A stretch of 35,261 bases of DNA from Toensbergia leucococca. Its lineage: Eukaryota. Positions 20,008 to 33,915 of the stretch are shown one piece after another (the first letter of the stretch is position 1; each line of letters opens with the position of its first letter). Location: the NCBI GenBank assembly GCA_022813965.1, contig JALDZS010000080.1, forward strand, positions 62,001 through 97,261. The letters are read 5' to 3'. Made by a program: the position numbers and the translations under genes. The notes beneath the pieces are model-generated. The model searched no databases, had not been told where the DNA came from, and saw nothing but the letters and a program-made list of their open reading frames with translations.

Positions 20008-22976
20008 CTACGCCATAACAGCCGTAGCCCTGTTTCCCCCACTCCTAAACGCGTTCCTGCCACCCGCTCTCTGGGACTCCGGTCTCGCAAGCGTATACCT
20101 AGAAAAGAAAAATCAAAGTTCAATTAGTTCTCTCCTCACCGAATCCACAAAAGAAAAAAAAAAAAAAGCATGCAAAAACCGCTCAAAGACCAATGAGAAA
20201 AAATCTCTGGAATAGAGGGGGTTGAGGGGGAAGAAAGAAAGAAACGTACTTGGCAAACGCCCTCGCCAACGCCTTCTTGCAGCTGACTTTCTGGGCGCCG
20301 ACAAAACTATCGACAGTCACGGCGATGGCGCGGTCGACGTCCAACGAGGTGCAGTATTCCGAGAGGCGCATTTTGCAAAAGGCCTCGCTGATGCGCATGA
20401 TGGCTTCAAGGTGTCGGACCTGTTTGTTCGACGTTAGATCTAATTTACAGAATGCCTCTTTCGAGAAAAAGTCATGGTAAGATAGTCTGGTCAAGAACTC
20501 ACGGTAATCGGATACGCCCCTGTAGCTAAACTCTCCCGTCTCATATCCGCAAACAGCCTCGCAACCTTGTCCTGATCGATCTGGTAAAGCTTTGGCCGAC
20601 ACTTCTCCCGAGCGTATAGAATATACTTCCTCAACAACTCCTGCGAGATTTCACCTTCTTGCTTCGGTTCCCCTCCGTTGATCTGCTGATCGCGGATTTC
20701 CTCCCCGTGCTCAATTTCCATGGCTGTTTGGTTTGCGTCAGAGGAGTTTGCGGATGGATGGGCACGGCCGTGGGAGTTGACGACGAATTTGGCGAGGCGT
20801 TCGTCTTCGGCAGGGTCGACGGTGTCACGGACGACGCAGAGGATATCGAACCGGGAGAGGATAGGTTCGGTGAGTTCGACATTTTGGGAAAAGGGAATGG
20901 TGCTGTTGTACCGGCCACCAATGGGATTGGCAGCGGCTATGATGGCGCAACGAGCTTGGAGTGTGGTAACGATACCAGCTTTGGAGATCGAGATGGTCTG
21001 TTGTTCCATAGCTTCGTGGATTGACGTCCGATCCTGGTCGTTCATTTTATCAAATTCGTCGATGAGGCAAGTGCCGCGATCAGCGAGCACGAGAGCTCCA
21101 CCTTCAAGAGTCCATTCGCTAGTTATAGGATCACGGCGGACACTCGCGGTAAGACCAACGGCACTGGCGCCTTGACCCGTGGCAAAGACCGCACGATGAG
21201 CCGTCTTCTCAATGTACTTTAGTACCTGAGATTTGGCTGTTCCAGGATCACCGAGAAGCAGGACGTTGATGTCTCCCCTGATATTGTGCTTTCCCTGAGC
21301 TTCTTTACTGACGCCACCAAACAACGAAAGTGCAACAGCAGTCTTAATATCTATATGCCCATAAATACTTGGGGCAATGGAAGCAATGATTTTATCAACA
21401 ATTTGGGGATCTCGAGATAAAGCTCGAATATCACGCTCGTCTTCTTCAGTCAGACGAAAGCCAGCCAATTGATCATGAGATTTGACTACGTGGTTAGCTT
21501 CCATGATTGTTGCGAAAACTGGGAAACCATTGCGATTATTGAGTTGAGCGTCGTAATTATTTCGATAAATGCCAGTCACCTCAACCTCTTCACCCGGTTT
21601 GGCTGAATCAATTAAGTCCCACAAAAGAATGACTTCTCGATGTCGAGGTAGACGACCTGCCGGCACTGTTCCCGGAGACTCCTGCAATGTGAGTTTCTGG
21701 TAGTTGCGATAAATAGTCTTCTCCGAATTCAAAGTAAAGGGTCCTCTCGACTGGCAGTTCTGACAGTATGAGATGCGAACTTCGACGTTTGACTCTTGCT
21801 GAAAAGGTCCTAATGTGACACCGCATTTGGTACAGTCGAAACGTACATATTTCAGTTGCGGGAATACACCTGTCCGCCGTGTGACAACACCAGTCACACG
21901 TACTAGACAGTTGAGATGGGTTTGACGGAGTTGACGAAGGGTGTAATGTACTGGGAGATCAGAGATACGAACATGAATCTCCGAGTGGATGCGTTCGTAG
22001 TCGGGATAATGTAAAAGAGTAACATCCATGGCGACTTGGTCGAATATTTTTAGAACTTCGGCAGGTGCATTTGCAAGGAAATAGGCCAAGATAGCTTTGG
22101 ACGATGAGAGATGGTCGTAGGAGACTTCCAGAGATTCGGCATTGACTTCTCCCAGTGTTCGTACACGTGTACCGTATACAGAAGTGCCGTTCTCGTCAGT
22201 ATACTCTGTCAGGAATGACTTGAACTCTCTGAAGATGGTCCGATACACGGCAGGAAGTGCAACCCAGTCCGTTAAGCTCGAGGCTTTGACATCTTGAAGT
22301 GTTTCGAGGGATAATTCCTCTTCCATGATATCATCAGGCATGTCCTCATCTTCTTGGTCTTCGTCGTAATGATGTCTCCGTCGCCTTGGTTGTCTTGTCA
22401 AATCCATCTCGCCGTCATCGTCCTCGTCTTGTAGAAAGGCAGCGGGCATGCGACGTCTTCTCGCAAGTTCTCGGTCGCGCTTATTGAGTCGCGCTTCAAG
22501 TTGTCTTCGGGTGGCCATGTCCAAGTCGTCGTAGTCTCCGTCATCGTCAATGTCTGCACCAGCATATGCATCATCTTCACGCGTTCTATAGTCACGCTCG
22601 AAATTGTCTGCAAAGAGATCAATCCCATCTTCGTCCTCGGCCATTTCGTCGGCATCGTCAATGTCGCCAATGAGCTCATTTTCCGGATCCAGTCCGTCGT
22701 CTTCCTCATCGTCAAGTGGTAATACAGGTGGAGAAGATGGGGGTGCTGATACGAGTTAGTACTATACTTTGTCGGGATTGTACTCGGCTTTCAGCTTACG
22801 ACTCGATGGCGGCACAACAGAGGATGAGGGAATATCGTCGTCAGGTTCCCTGGATCGTTTGCGTCGACTAGAGTTCGTCGCACCACGATTCGCAGCTGAC
22901 ATATTGGGTCGAAGTGGATCGCTGTAGACTGTCAGAGATCCCTTATTTCTGCCTTGATTGTAGCAACGAACCTCAT
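20008..22976 (-). CDS. MCM2: DNA replication licensing factor Mcm2
   Basis: Acidic N-terminal histone-binding region (DLFADNFERDY), C4 zinc finger (CTKC...CQNC), Walker A GDPGTAKSQ, IDEFDKM, SRFD arginine finger, VRHLEAIMRISEA, last exon KYTLARP...VMA*. Four introns. Confidence 0.96.
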
Positions 22977-23103
22977 TGGAAAAAATTCTTAGCCGAAGAT
23001 GTAGCAACGAAATAGATGAATACGAGTCTTCGGGATTGAATACCTAGCTGATGTTAGGTGTTAATGCGTTCATAGATTGGAGTTGAAGACGTGGAAAAAG
23101 GGG

Positions 23104-23123
23104 ACGCGTTTCGTGTTTCGCGT
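23104..23123. promoter_or_regulatory. MCB/SCB-type G1/S cell-cycle elements upstream of MCM2
   Basis: ACGCGT (23104-23109), TTTCGTG (23109-23115, CACGAAA on minus) and TTTCGCG (23116-23122) clustered about 130 bp upstream of the MCM2 ATG. Confidence 0.6.
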
Positions 23124-23743
23124 TGCAATTAAGTCCACTTTGGGCTTAGTGCGAAATACTTGGGTCGATACTAATCAACAGTCCATATTTACGAGTACGG
23201 AGACTCCTACGAGCAATTGGTGACTTTCACACCACCGTCCGTCATACGCACATTCCGATGATGATGCACATTACATGGCAATTCAAGACTCGATGAAAAG
23301 GCTCATTCTATGAAGGAGTCATGAAATGGATCTGTTGTTTGTGACTCTACTACATGCGTCAACTGAGCTCAAAACCTACAAAATACTAACTGTGATCCTT
23401 TTATAACCAAGCGTACACCAAGTTTAAAAGTTCACAATGCATATAAGATTATTGTACAGCTACTGTGTCTACACCGTGTTCCGTCACATGTGGGTATGTA
23501 TCATTCATCCTAGGGCTTAAGAAGCCTGATTCAATGGTCACTTTAGGGGCTTCTTCAGACACGAAACTGACCAAAAGCTTCCAAGCGGAACACTGATACT
23601 CACATCTTTGTGTCAAAGGTCTCTTGAGATGGTTTACCCAAACATTGATATCTGGCCTTACAAAGGAAAGACTTCGGATTTCAAGCAAAACGCGAGCCAA
23701 GTGCCTTTTTTCAAATCGACGGGCGTAAGAACAGAATACCCCA

Positions 23744-25585
23744 CTATAGTTCTTCCTTGACTCTAATTCCTCCCGACCCCGAAGATCTAATCCGATAGAA
23801 GCCAACTCCATGCCTCGCCACCATTGCAACCAGCGTTCCCATTGGCGCAATCGTCGTTGTTTTTGATCCCAAGAGGGCTGCGTTATTCATTGCGAGCCCA
23901 TTCGCGTAGCTCGTCTCGGTACTGTTATATTTCATCGTTGAATTGGCACTGTCCATTACCGTTCCATTGATAGTGGCGTTCCCATTGATTATGGCATTGG
24001 CAGTGGCATTGTCCATCCGATTGGCCCACAAATCATACACGTCCCATGATTGCATCATCTGGGGTGCCGGCCCACTGGTGCTGGTCGAGCTTTCATCAAA
24101 GAAAATTTCCCTGAGGGAGGCATTCATCATACGGGCTTCATTACCGGCGTTGACAAACGCAACAACGTAATCTCCCCCAGAGAGTTCGCCAACCCAGAGG
24201 GAGATCTCACCTTCGCCATACTCATCCGTATCATTAACATAGTACCGCCAGGCACGATGGCCCGCCACGCCCTTTGGGTCTTGGGAGATGGCAATGACGG
24301 CGGGGTTAGAGTAGATCGAAAGTGTATGAGCGGTCATGGAACGGACATCAGTGCCTATAATCAATGGACTCTTCATCATTGCCCTGAATTCTGGGTTAGC
24401 GTCGGTTGGTGCTTCACGCTCCAGACAACTGACCACATGGAAAAGTGTAATTTATATTCGTCATCATTCATACCTCCATTACCAACCTCAAGCGTGTCCA
24501 TGTCATTCCAGCCACCTGGCTGAGACTTGACCTGGAAAGCTGCGACTTTATTCAAAATATTCATCATGGAGCAATGGAAGCCAGGAAAAGCGCAATTGTA
24601 CCCTTCGTCACCACTACATGGGCAGCCTAGATGAGATTATTAGCTTAAATTGGCATCACAGGAACCTTCTCCTTACGTTCGTCGGGACGATCGAAAGAGT
24701 CATAGATGTCACCAGACATACGCCAGGAATTCGCCATGGTCGAGGCCCAGTTCCACGGGGAGTCCTCACCCCAATTGCACATTGAATAGAGGATGGGACG
24801 CCCTGTATTTTCTTGAATAACGTCCGAACCCAGATTTGCGTATTAGCTCACCTGTCTCGTTCAAGGCTTGTGACATGGCGTTATAGCGGTTGAAAGTGAT
24901 GAGAGGTGTCCCTGACTGTCCGGAGTTATAACAATTATCATATTTCAAGTAGTCTGAATGTGCATCAGAACTAATTTTGATAGGAGATACCAATTTCAGA
25001 CATACCTACACCCCAGTCTGCAAACGTCTGAGCGTCTTGCTTTTCCTTGCCAAGTGATGCAGCTAGAGGGTTTCAATCTAGATACTCATGGGGGTAAGTC
25101 ATTACTCACCATATTGTGCACATGTGTATAACCCGGCACTGCTATACATCCCAAACCCCAGGCCCATGTCGTGCAACTGATCAGCAACATATGCAATCCC
25201 GTTTGGGAATTTGGTCATATTCGGCTGCAGTGTCCCATTAGATGTTCTCCCTACTGACCAGCAGTCATCCAAAACAATATAGTAGTACCTGTAATCCCTT
25301 TTAACCGTTGTCAGAAGGGCCATACAGAGCAGGATGTACCCTAGATCTCGAAGGCCATAGTCGACGATCTTTTGAGCTGTCCCAAGAAGAAGATCCTGGC
25401 TAACATCGCATCCGAAAGCATTCCAATTATCCTGGACAATTAGCTCATGCTTCACCATTCAAAGGACAGGAGCGTACCCAACCCATCTGGGGTGTAATAG
25501 CAAGGCCATTGTAGCTCGCTGCACTGACTTTTAAAGCTATATTCGCCAAAGCCGTAGCTAAAATATTGAAAGGTAGGAAATTCAT
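23744..25585 (-). CDS. GH27 alpha-galactosidase with signal peptide (AglB/Mel1-like)
   Basis: Signal peptide [84 protein letters not shown]. Multiple introns. Ends in KEEL. Confidence 0.93.
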
Positions 25586-26291
25586 TAAGATGCTAGCTGA
25601 AGGATGCTGTTATAGAAAAGCATCGAAGCGGACGTGATAGATCTTTAAATCTTTCCTCAATTGCCCACGTTCCATCCCAGTCCAACCTTTCGTTGGTGAG
25701 AAGAGTCAGCTGCAACCACGATCAAAAAAGAGGATAGTTTAGGCAAAAGCTTCCATTGAGACACGCTAAGCAGAAGGTAGAATCATGGACAACATTTTCA
25801 GGTGAACAGGCATTTCAGCTGTGCGGAGTATGCAGCAAGGATTAGGCTACTGAACGTCGATCTTCGACTTCCATCGATTTTGGTCAATTGATAATTCGGT
25901 GCTCACTGATCTGAGAATTGGCCTCCATGCGAGTAAAACTATGAATAGTAATCTAAACTACGCTGTAATTGCGAAAAGGGAAAGCTCTTCGTCAAGATGT
26001 CATGCCAAGACCTTGGACGTCATTTTCGACGGCCTCAAAACCCTAAATTCTAATGTCTGGTCCCCCTCACCCCTCAACTCTCTTATTTACCACAACATAA
26101 ACGGTCTTTTAACGAATAAATGATACTGACAACGTACAAGCAACAGGGCTGCTTAAAATCACCTGATCTGAATTTCAATTGCGCAATAACGACTAGCATA
26201 ATATAACCACAGACCATAAGATAGCCTCATCTCCCTCACTGTCAAGAATTCTCTTTCACTAATCTTCAAATTCATACAATACAAACTCAAA

Positions 26292-27089
26292 ATGTCAATC
26301 CGCATACTAATCATAAACCCAAACACCACCAAATCTATGACCGACGCCCTTTCTGCCCCTATCGATTCTCTCGCTTACAACAACGTACCATCCCCGTCTC
26401 TCATCCCTCTCTCCCATCCTCTTCTCTTAGCGCCTGTCTGATTCCCTTCATCTGAAACCCAACTCATACTTTTTCTCTCTCAATAGACAACCTATACCTA
26501 CCATACCTCTCCTAACGGCCCGGCTAGCATAAATTCCCCCACAGATGCTGCCGATTCAGAAATACACACTCTCCCCACAATTCTCCCCCTTCTCTCCTCC
26601 CACTCCGCCTTCCTTGTAGCCTGCTACTCCCCGCACCCACTTGTCTCGTCTCTCAAAGTCAATACCTCCAAACCTGTTCTCGGTATTTTCGAAGCAAGTG
26701 TTCATGCGGCGCTACAATTACTGCGCTCGGGCGAGACATTCGGGATAGTGAGTACGGGGAAGATATGGGAGGAGGTTCTAGGAAAGGCTGTTAGAGAGTT
26801 GTTGGGCGAGGATATAGCTGCAAGACGTTTTGCAGGGGTGGAGACGACAGGGATGAGCGCTACAGAGCTGCACGAAGTGGGCGAGGAAGTTGTTAGGCAA
26901 AGGGTCAAGGAGGCGGCGTGCAGACTGGCGGGGAAAGGGAAGCTTGGAGTGGCAATTTTGGGATGTGCCGGCATGGTGGGGATGGAGGAGTGGGTGAGGG
27001 AAGAGGTTGGAGATGCGGTCAGGATTGTGGATGGGGTGAAGGCTGGAGTGGGCATATTGCAGGGTCTAATCAGGGGTGGCTTTGAATAA
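26292..27089 (+). CDS. DCG1: Asp/Glu/hydantoin racemase family protein (Dcg1-like)
   Basis: MSIRILIINPNTTKSMT, intron 26385-26486, GPASINS, FLVACYSPHPLV, GIFEASV, ILGCAGM (both catalytic Cys present), IVDGVKAG. Confidence 0.85.
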
Positions 27090-27198
27090 AGCAGCGAGGT
27101 AACGAGTCTTCTTTTCATTCAATTAATGAGATATCATATTCATCAGGTAATTGGCATGAGTTTGAGACTTTGGGTACAGTCTTGAGTTTGGTAAAATG

Positions 27199-28703
27199 CT
27201 ACCTTGGACCTAACTTTTCTAGCGCTCGAGACCCTTGTTCCTGCCACTCCTGTTTCGAGACCCACATGTTATCCTGATTCGACATCTGCAAATTTGTAAG
27301 CAATGATGAGAGCGTTAGAGCGTGTGGAAAATTACACATACAATATTTGCAAGCACTGCACCTCCAAGGAAAACCATGTTCCTCCGCCGCGGGGGATCTT
27401 CAATCCTTACTTTGAATTTCTAGAGGCAGACGTCAGTACTGGAGCTAGGTACTTCTTATTTGTGAACCCACATTCAGCCTCTCCGGATTTCCTTGTAGAA
27501 CCTTTGTTAACCATAATTGCTTAAGCTCTTTTTCAAGTCTTGACGGCAGCCCAGGATACATGCTACTACCTCCACTTAGCACGATTGCCTTGTAAAGACT
27601 ACTCCTCACGTCGACTTCCGCCGCCTGTATGGTGTTGAATAGAAATTCTGCAATGCCTGGTTGTTCCACATCTACTAGATGCGGCTGGAAGAGACACTCT
27701 GGTGCCTCAAATCGCTCGCTTCCAACTCTTATTACTCGTCCGTCAGGCAAAGTATACGATTCTACTAGCACAGTGGTGTCTTCGCTAAGCCGCTGGTCAA
27801 GTTCTAGATCGTATGATACATAACATAGCTTCTCTTTGATCTGGCGTACTGTTTCAAAGTCTGCAGTTCGGTTAAGGGCATAGCCTCGTCGCAGTAAAAG
27901 AGCGATGAGATTTCTTGTAACATCTCGACCTGCTACGTCGAGCCTCCTAGTGAGATGATTGAGAACCGTAGATTCGTACACGGGAACGATATGGGTTACG
28001 CCGTCCCCCGAATCTACTACGACGCCGCTGCTCAGACCTAAAATTCAAGACTTCAGTAACCTAGTCATCAAGGTCATAGCGTCCGTATCATGCCTTGAGC
28101 GTAGAGAGCCAAAACAGCCTGTATCGCAACGTAGACTCCACCAAAGTTATATCTTTCAAACATAACCTCGCACATCTGCTCACGGTTTTTGAGAGGGTTC
28201 ATCGGCGGTTCTGTAAGGAGTATCTTGCGACCAGTAGTATCAATTCTCATCTTTTCATTGAAGGTAAAGTCCCAGAGATGTTCCATATCATCCCACCTCT
28301 TCACAATGCCATTTTCCATCTATGCAGAACAACGTTTAGCCTACACTCCTGGCCCTGCAAATGAGCAGACTCTGGAGATGTACTGGATAGGTAATTTGTA
28401 ACATGGATCGCGCTGCTGCAGCTTCGTCTCCACACATGATGTCCTTGACCACAATGTCCCCTGACCGTTCTTCGGATCGCAAGATGGGTCGACCGACAAT
28501 CGAGGGGAATTGAAACTCTGGGAAATTCTATCACATGATTGAGTGTATCAGTATCTGTACGAGTGGAGACTTGGATGCTTGCCTACCTGCGCGGCATATC
28601 CAACTTTAAGGAACCCAGTGCCCCCATCGAGGACTGAAGCCAGTCAGATCTAGGCGGTTGGTTTCGTTAGGAGCGTACACATACCTACGGGGGCCTCTGC
28701 CAT
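27199..28703 (-). CDS. ARP2: Actin-related protein 2 (Arp2/3 complex)
   Basis: [103 protein letters not shown]. Several introns. Confidence 0.96.
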
Positions 28704-29292
28704 CTTGAAAAAAAAACTGGATGTGAGCTGCCAGATGCCTTGGCTTCTCTCCCAATTATTCAATAGTGCTGCTTTGCATAGAGTAAGGTAGTGTTGCCTT
28801 GCAGAGCCGTAAGCGAGGCTAAACGGCTTTGGGAATAGAATAAAAGTTTCCAGGGGCTGAATTTCCAACGACGCAGTGCCGAGATTGCTTCTGGCTGTCC
28901 GACTAAGACTTCACGTCATTCAACATGCGAAATCTTGTGCATTCGAGTCGTTCAAAGATCTTCCATCGGCCATCGGGAACTAGAATAACTTATCTCAATT
29001 ACGCTGCCCGCTTTTGCCGTGAGTGGCGTACTAGAGTCTCTCCCCTAATGACGTGTTTGCAATTCTTTTCTATCATTGAGCAAATCCGCGGCCAGTACCA
29101 TTTCCAATTCTCATGTCTTGATTATTCAGAGTTGGTAATCGATCGAAGCGGCCGTGATCAAAGTATATAAGTTGTTAGTTTCCCTTCTACCTTATGTACC
29201 TCGATGTAACTATAGAATTTTACAACCCAAGACAATAAGCACATTCATCCTAAGACACCTCTTCATAAAGATATTATTTTCTGCACAATACT

Positions 29293-30705
29293 ATGTCACC
29301 AGCAGCTCGTTATGAATCAGACGATGTCTCCGCCGCTCCTCTGGGCCAGCCCCTTCACTTTGAATACAGTGGCCGAACAGCCCCCAATAGATTGTAAGTT
29401 CCATACCCCAACCTTTGACACATACCTTAAAGACGATACGCAAGCTAATGGATCTTCTACAGTATCAAAGCTGCAATGACAGAAAGGCTTTCCTCCTGGG
29501 ACCCCAAAGACTTCGAAGCCCGTGGCATCCCAACCAAGAATCTCATCAGTGTCTACAAACGCTGGGGTGAAGGTGAACTTGGCGTCATCCTAACCGGAAA
29601 CACCATGATGGAGTACGACCAGCTCGAAGCCGCCGGCAATCTCATCATTCCCCGCGGATGCGACTTCAGCGGGAAACGCTTTGATGCTTTCCAGGCCCTC
29701 GCTACAGAGAGCAAGAAACACGGTAGCCTCATTGTAGCCCAAATGAGTCATCCAGGGCGACAGGTCGAGTCGCGGATCCAGAAGCACCCTATTTCCGCAA
29801 GTGATGTCCAACTTGAAGGCACCGTCATGGGCATGACATTCGAGAAACCACATGCCGCAACCTCGGAAGAAATCAAGCACATTATTGAAGGCTTCGCTCA
29901 CTCCGCCGAGTTCCTCCACAAAGCCGGCTACGACGGCATAGAACTCCACGGCGCCCACGGCTACCTCCTCTCGCAGTTTCTCTCGCCAACAACCAATCAA
30001 CGTACAGACCAATACGGCGGCAGTCTCGAAAACCGCTCCCGTCTAATCTTCGAAATCAGCACTGAAATCCGCAAGCGCGTCCCCAAATCCTTCATCGTGG
30101 GCATCAAAATCAACAGTGTCGAGTTCCAAGACAAGGGCTTCAATGCAGAAGAATGTAAAACGCTCTGCTCCAATCTCGAGGCGAACGAATTCGACTTTGT
30201 GGAGCTGAGTGGTGGCACCTACGAATCGCTCGCCTTCGCCCACAAGCGCGAGTCTACCAAGAAGCGTGAATCCTTCTTCCTTGAGTTCGCTGAGACTATC
30301 GTCCCCGCCCTCTCCCGCACAAAGACCTACATCACCGGCGGCTTCAAATCCGTCGGCGCAATGGTGCACGCACTCGAAACGGTTGACGGCGTTGGTCTCG
30401 CGCGTCCTATTTGTCAAGAGCCGCGTTTATGCGCAGATATACTGAGTGGAAAGATCCAGGGCGCCATCAAGCAGCGTACGGACGAGAGTAATTTTGGTTT
30501 GACGAATGTGGCTGCGGGCACCCAGATTCGGATGATCGGCAAGGATCAGGAACCGATTGATTTGTCGCAAGAGGAATATGAGAAGGCTTTTATGAAGGAT
30601 ATGGGGGATTGGAGCGAGAAGATGGCGCATGATACTGGTATGTATAGTTTTGGGTATATTGATATTGAGAGCGTCAAAGCGAAACCGTATGGGGAGGCTT
30701 ATTAG
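29293..30705 (+). CDS. NADH:flavin oxidoreductase / Old Yellow Enzyme-family FMN oxidoreductase
   Basis: Exon 1 MSPAARYES...APNRF, intron 29394-29462, KAAMTE, QMSHPGRQ, GYDGIELHGAHGYLLSQFLSP, RTDQYGGSLENR. Confidence 0.93.
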
Positions 30706-31442
30706 ATTTGGGAGGTGGGTAGAAGAATAAAACATAAACGCTAGAAAGCGAAATTGTAAACATTTGAAAGATTGGGTGCATTGTATCCACAACATCAAAC
30801 GAGTCTAATACCTACTCCTATTATGATCCATGACATTCTTTTCTCCTGCCTACTTGTGAGAGTCACAGGGTCAATAGAGTGCTTGCTGCTTTATTGAGCT
30901 CAGGACAGCATATTATACTCACACCAAGCATAGAGCATGACTTCACTTACTGAGGTCGATAAAGGCTATGATGTATCATGAGCCACCCATTCAAAGGGGA
31001 GTAGGATTGACCGCCGTGACTACCGCAGAGCGGACCGAAGTGGAAATGCTCTTTTGAAAGGAGATATACGTTGGATGTCTCAGTGCGGGTGTCTATGACA
31101 AGATGATGTGAGCGATTTTGGAAAAAGGTCAGGGAGGGCAAATGTGGCTCGGCTGCTTCTCACCTGGATGGTTCGAGTAAGTTGAGGATGAGATCCCAAG
31201 TACGGCATCAGTGTGCTCAAAGCTGGGAAATGCTGAATTTGAAGTTGCAGAACAGCTATCTCGTAGCTCAAATATTAAGCATGAGGGTCAGGCGATGGAA
31301 GTGAATCCCACTCAAAACCAAGTTAAAAGAGTGGCGTCGAGAGTGAAGATCTGGTAGCACTTGACCAAACTCGGGGAAAACATAAGCGATGTAACTTCCA
31401 CACACTCCTTATGCTCTAGATTTCTTTACACAGGCTGGAGCA

Positions 31443-33915
31443 ATGGAAAAAGGCTTCTCGACGGATTCAGGGTCACAATGGCCGCCGTCTGGCGCAGCGA
31501 AGTGGATAAGACCAGGATCAAGGGAGCGGCTTGATGGGGGAAAGAAGGCGCGAGCCCAGTTCAAGGTTGTCACAGAGATAGCGCCTGGGGATCTATTATC
31601 TTTTGTGGTGGAAGGAAATAACTATGTTGCGACTCAAGGATTCCTGGTAAGTCAGCTGGTAAATATTTGATGAATCTACGCAGAGAACTTATCAAGACTT
31701 CTTCCCAGAGCCCATCTTTTTTTGAAGACCAAGAATGTACCTTGGCCACCCTCATGCATGTTCAATTGCAGGAGATTACAAGTGACTGGATATGTCAGCT
31801 AGTCGACAATTGGCTTGCTTGCGATGATGTCTTTGTCCGGCCATTCCTCTCAACAGTTGTGTTCTTCGGGGATGATATGTCGGAAGTTGTTGTCAAAGAT
31901 GATGCGTGTGATCTTCTTCGAGATTGGGGTTCGCAATACACTATGGCCTTCATAAACGAGTTTGACTCTCAGCCCACACCTGGCCCCTATCTCATGAAAG
32001 CCGGCTCTCTATGGCAGGCAAGAAGACTGTATGATGATTCGAATAACACCTTACTGACAGCTGTTCTGCCTGACGCCGAAAGGTTGGTTCTGCAGCCATG
32101 TCATGTCATAGACTAACAAGATGTAGCAAATTTCGAACACTACGCCTTCTAGGGGACGGATACCAAACTTTGACCGTGGCCGTCCCTTCCAGAACGTGCT
32201 GTGAGAAATCTAGTAAATTGCCGTTGGCGGGTACCAGGATAGTCGTGAAAGATATATTTGACATTGAGGGTCTCAAAACATCTGTCGGAAATCGAGATTT
32301 CTTTGACCTCTATCCACTTTGCACAGAGACTGCAAGCGCAATTCAGCGCCTGATCGATGCAGGCGCCGAAGTTCTAGGTAAAAGTAAATTGAGCTCATTT
32401 GCAGCTCGGGAAGAACCTACAGAGAGCGTAGACTACCAAGCGCCATTCAACCCCCGAGGTGATGGTTATCAATCTCCTGCTGGAAGCAGCAGCGGAAGTG
32501 CTGCGGCAGTGTCATCTTATGACTGGCTTGATTTTGCTATTGGCTCAGACAGTGAGTAACAAACCAAATCATCTAAGGATTCAGGTTCTCATCTCATGAT
32601 TTCAGCGACTGGGAGTGGGCGTAGGCCTGCTCACTGGAATGGCTGTTTTTCGCTCCGTCCTACTAAGACAGCGCTCTCATTGATTGGTTTTGTTAAGACT
32701 TTTGAGTAAGTTGGTCCCGCTTGACGCAAAATCAGGCAGAGCTCACGACAGAAAGGATCTTTGACGTGCCATGCTTCTTTGGTCGGGACATATCAAAATT
32801 TAGAGATTTTGCGCGGGCTTGGTATGGAGCAGATCATCAATCAGATCAGAAAACGCAGCCGATATCTTCCTCATTTGCGAATTCCAACGTGAGCGTAAAT
32901 GGGAAACCGCCAAAGATACTCTATCCGACGGATTTCCTGCTTAATTTTGGGGACGAGCGAAAGCGCCTGATTGATGGATTTGTAAAAGATCTTGAATCCG
33001 CGCTAGGTGTTAAAAGAACCATTCTTTCATTGGCAAGAGAATTGGAAAGCGAGTGCTCCAGAAAACTTGGCGAAGCAAGGGCTTCAAGAATACATGCAGA
33101 ATGTTTGTACCTCCCTTTCAAACCATTCCACCTCACATCTTGACCTGATCCAGGCCCCAACTCACGCATTCTTCTATGACCTCTACCATGAATTTGATAA
33201 ATTCCGAGAAGATTTTCATGCAAAACATAATAAAGCGCCTTACGTTAGCCCAATGTTGCGCTGGCGATGGTCAGCATCAAAATTCCATATAGCAACATGT
33301 TCAAAGCTAACAGATACTGGAGGCAAATTGCTCAAACATTGACACTCAACCAGAAAGAGGATGCCATTGAAAGGCTGGAGGTATTCAAAAGATGGTTTCT
33401 CGACCAAGTGATGTGCGTCGACAAGTACACTTCTTTCGTGGTATTTCCAATAGAAGAGATTGCGCCAAAATATAGAGATGAGCCCCCACCGTGCGTACCC
33501 GATCTGTGGATGCTTTTGCATTAATTATTTAAGATATTCAGATCACCGATGATGCCCAAAGGCATCGGAATGCTAGACATAGCACCAGCTCTTGGTGCTC
33601 CCGAGCTGGCGATCCCCGGTAAGTAGCGTTTGCTCTTCGAACGCTCCAATGCTGGACTAAGCTTACCAGTTGGCGAATTGTCGTACGAGTCCCGCGTTAG
33701 CAGGCGAAAGAGTTTCTTCCTGTTGCTGTCTCTTTGATGGCCCCTCCAGGTAGGTCGAGAGAATTTGAGAATACATGCAAAAAGCTGACTTGATTCGAGG
33801 GTCTGATTTGGGCCTGATCGAAGTGGCTCGTGTATGCTTGGAGAAGGCTGGCCGGCCGACCGCTGTGCTCACCGGAAGTCGAATGTTTAAACCCACGGGT
33901 GATGAGAACATTTGA
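31443..33915 (+). pseudogene. Amidase-signature family gene with two apparent frameshifts (pseudogene or sequence error)
   Basis: PLAGTRIVVKD (Lys), PFNPRGDGYQSPAGSSSGS and GSDT/TGSGRRPA (Ser-cisSer). +1 indel at about 33035 and -1 indel at about 33708. Multiple introns. Start approximate. Confidence 0.75.
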
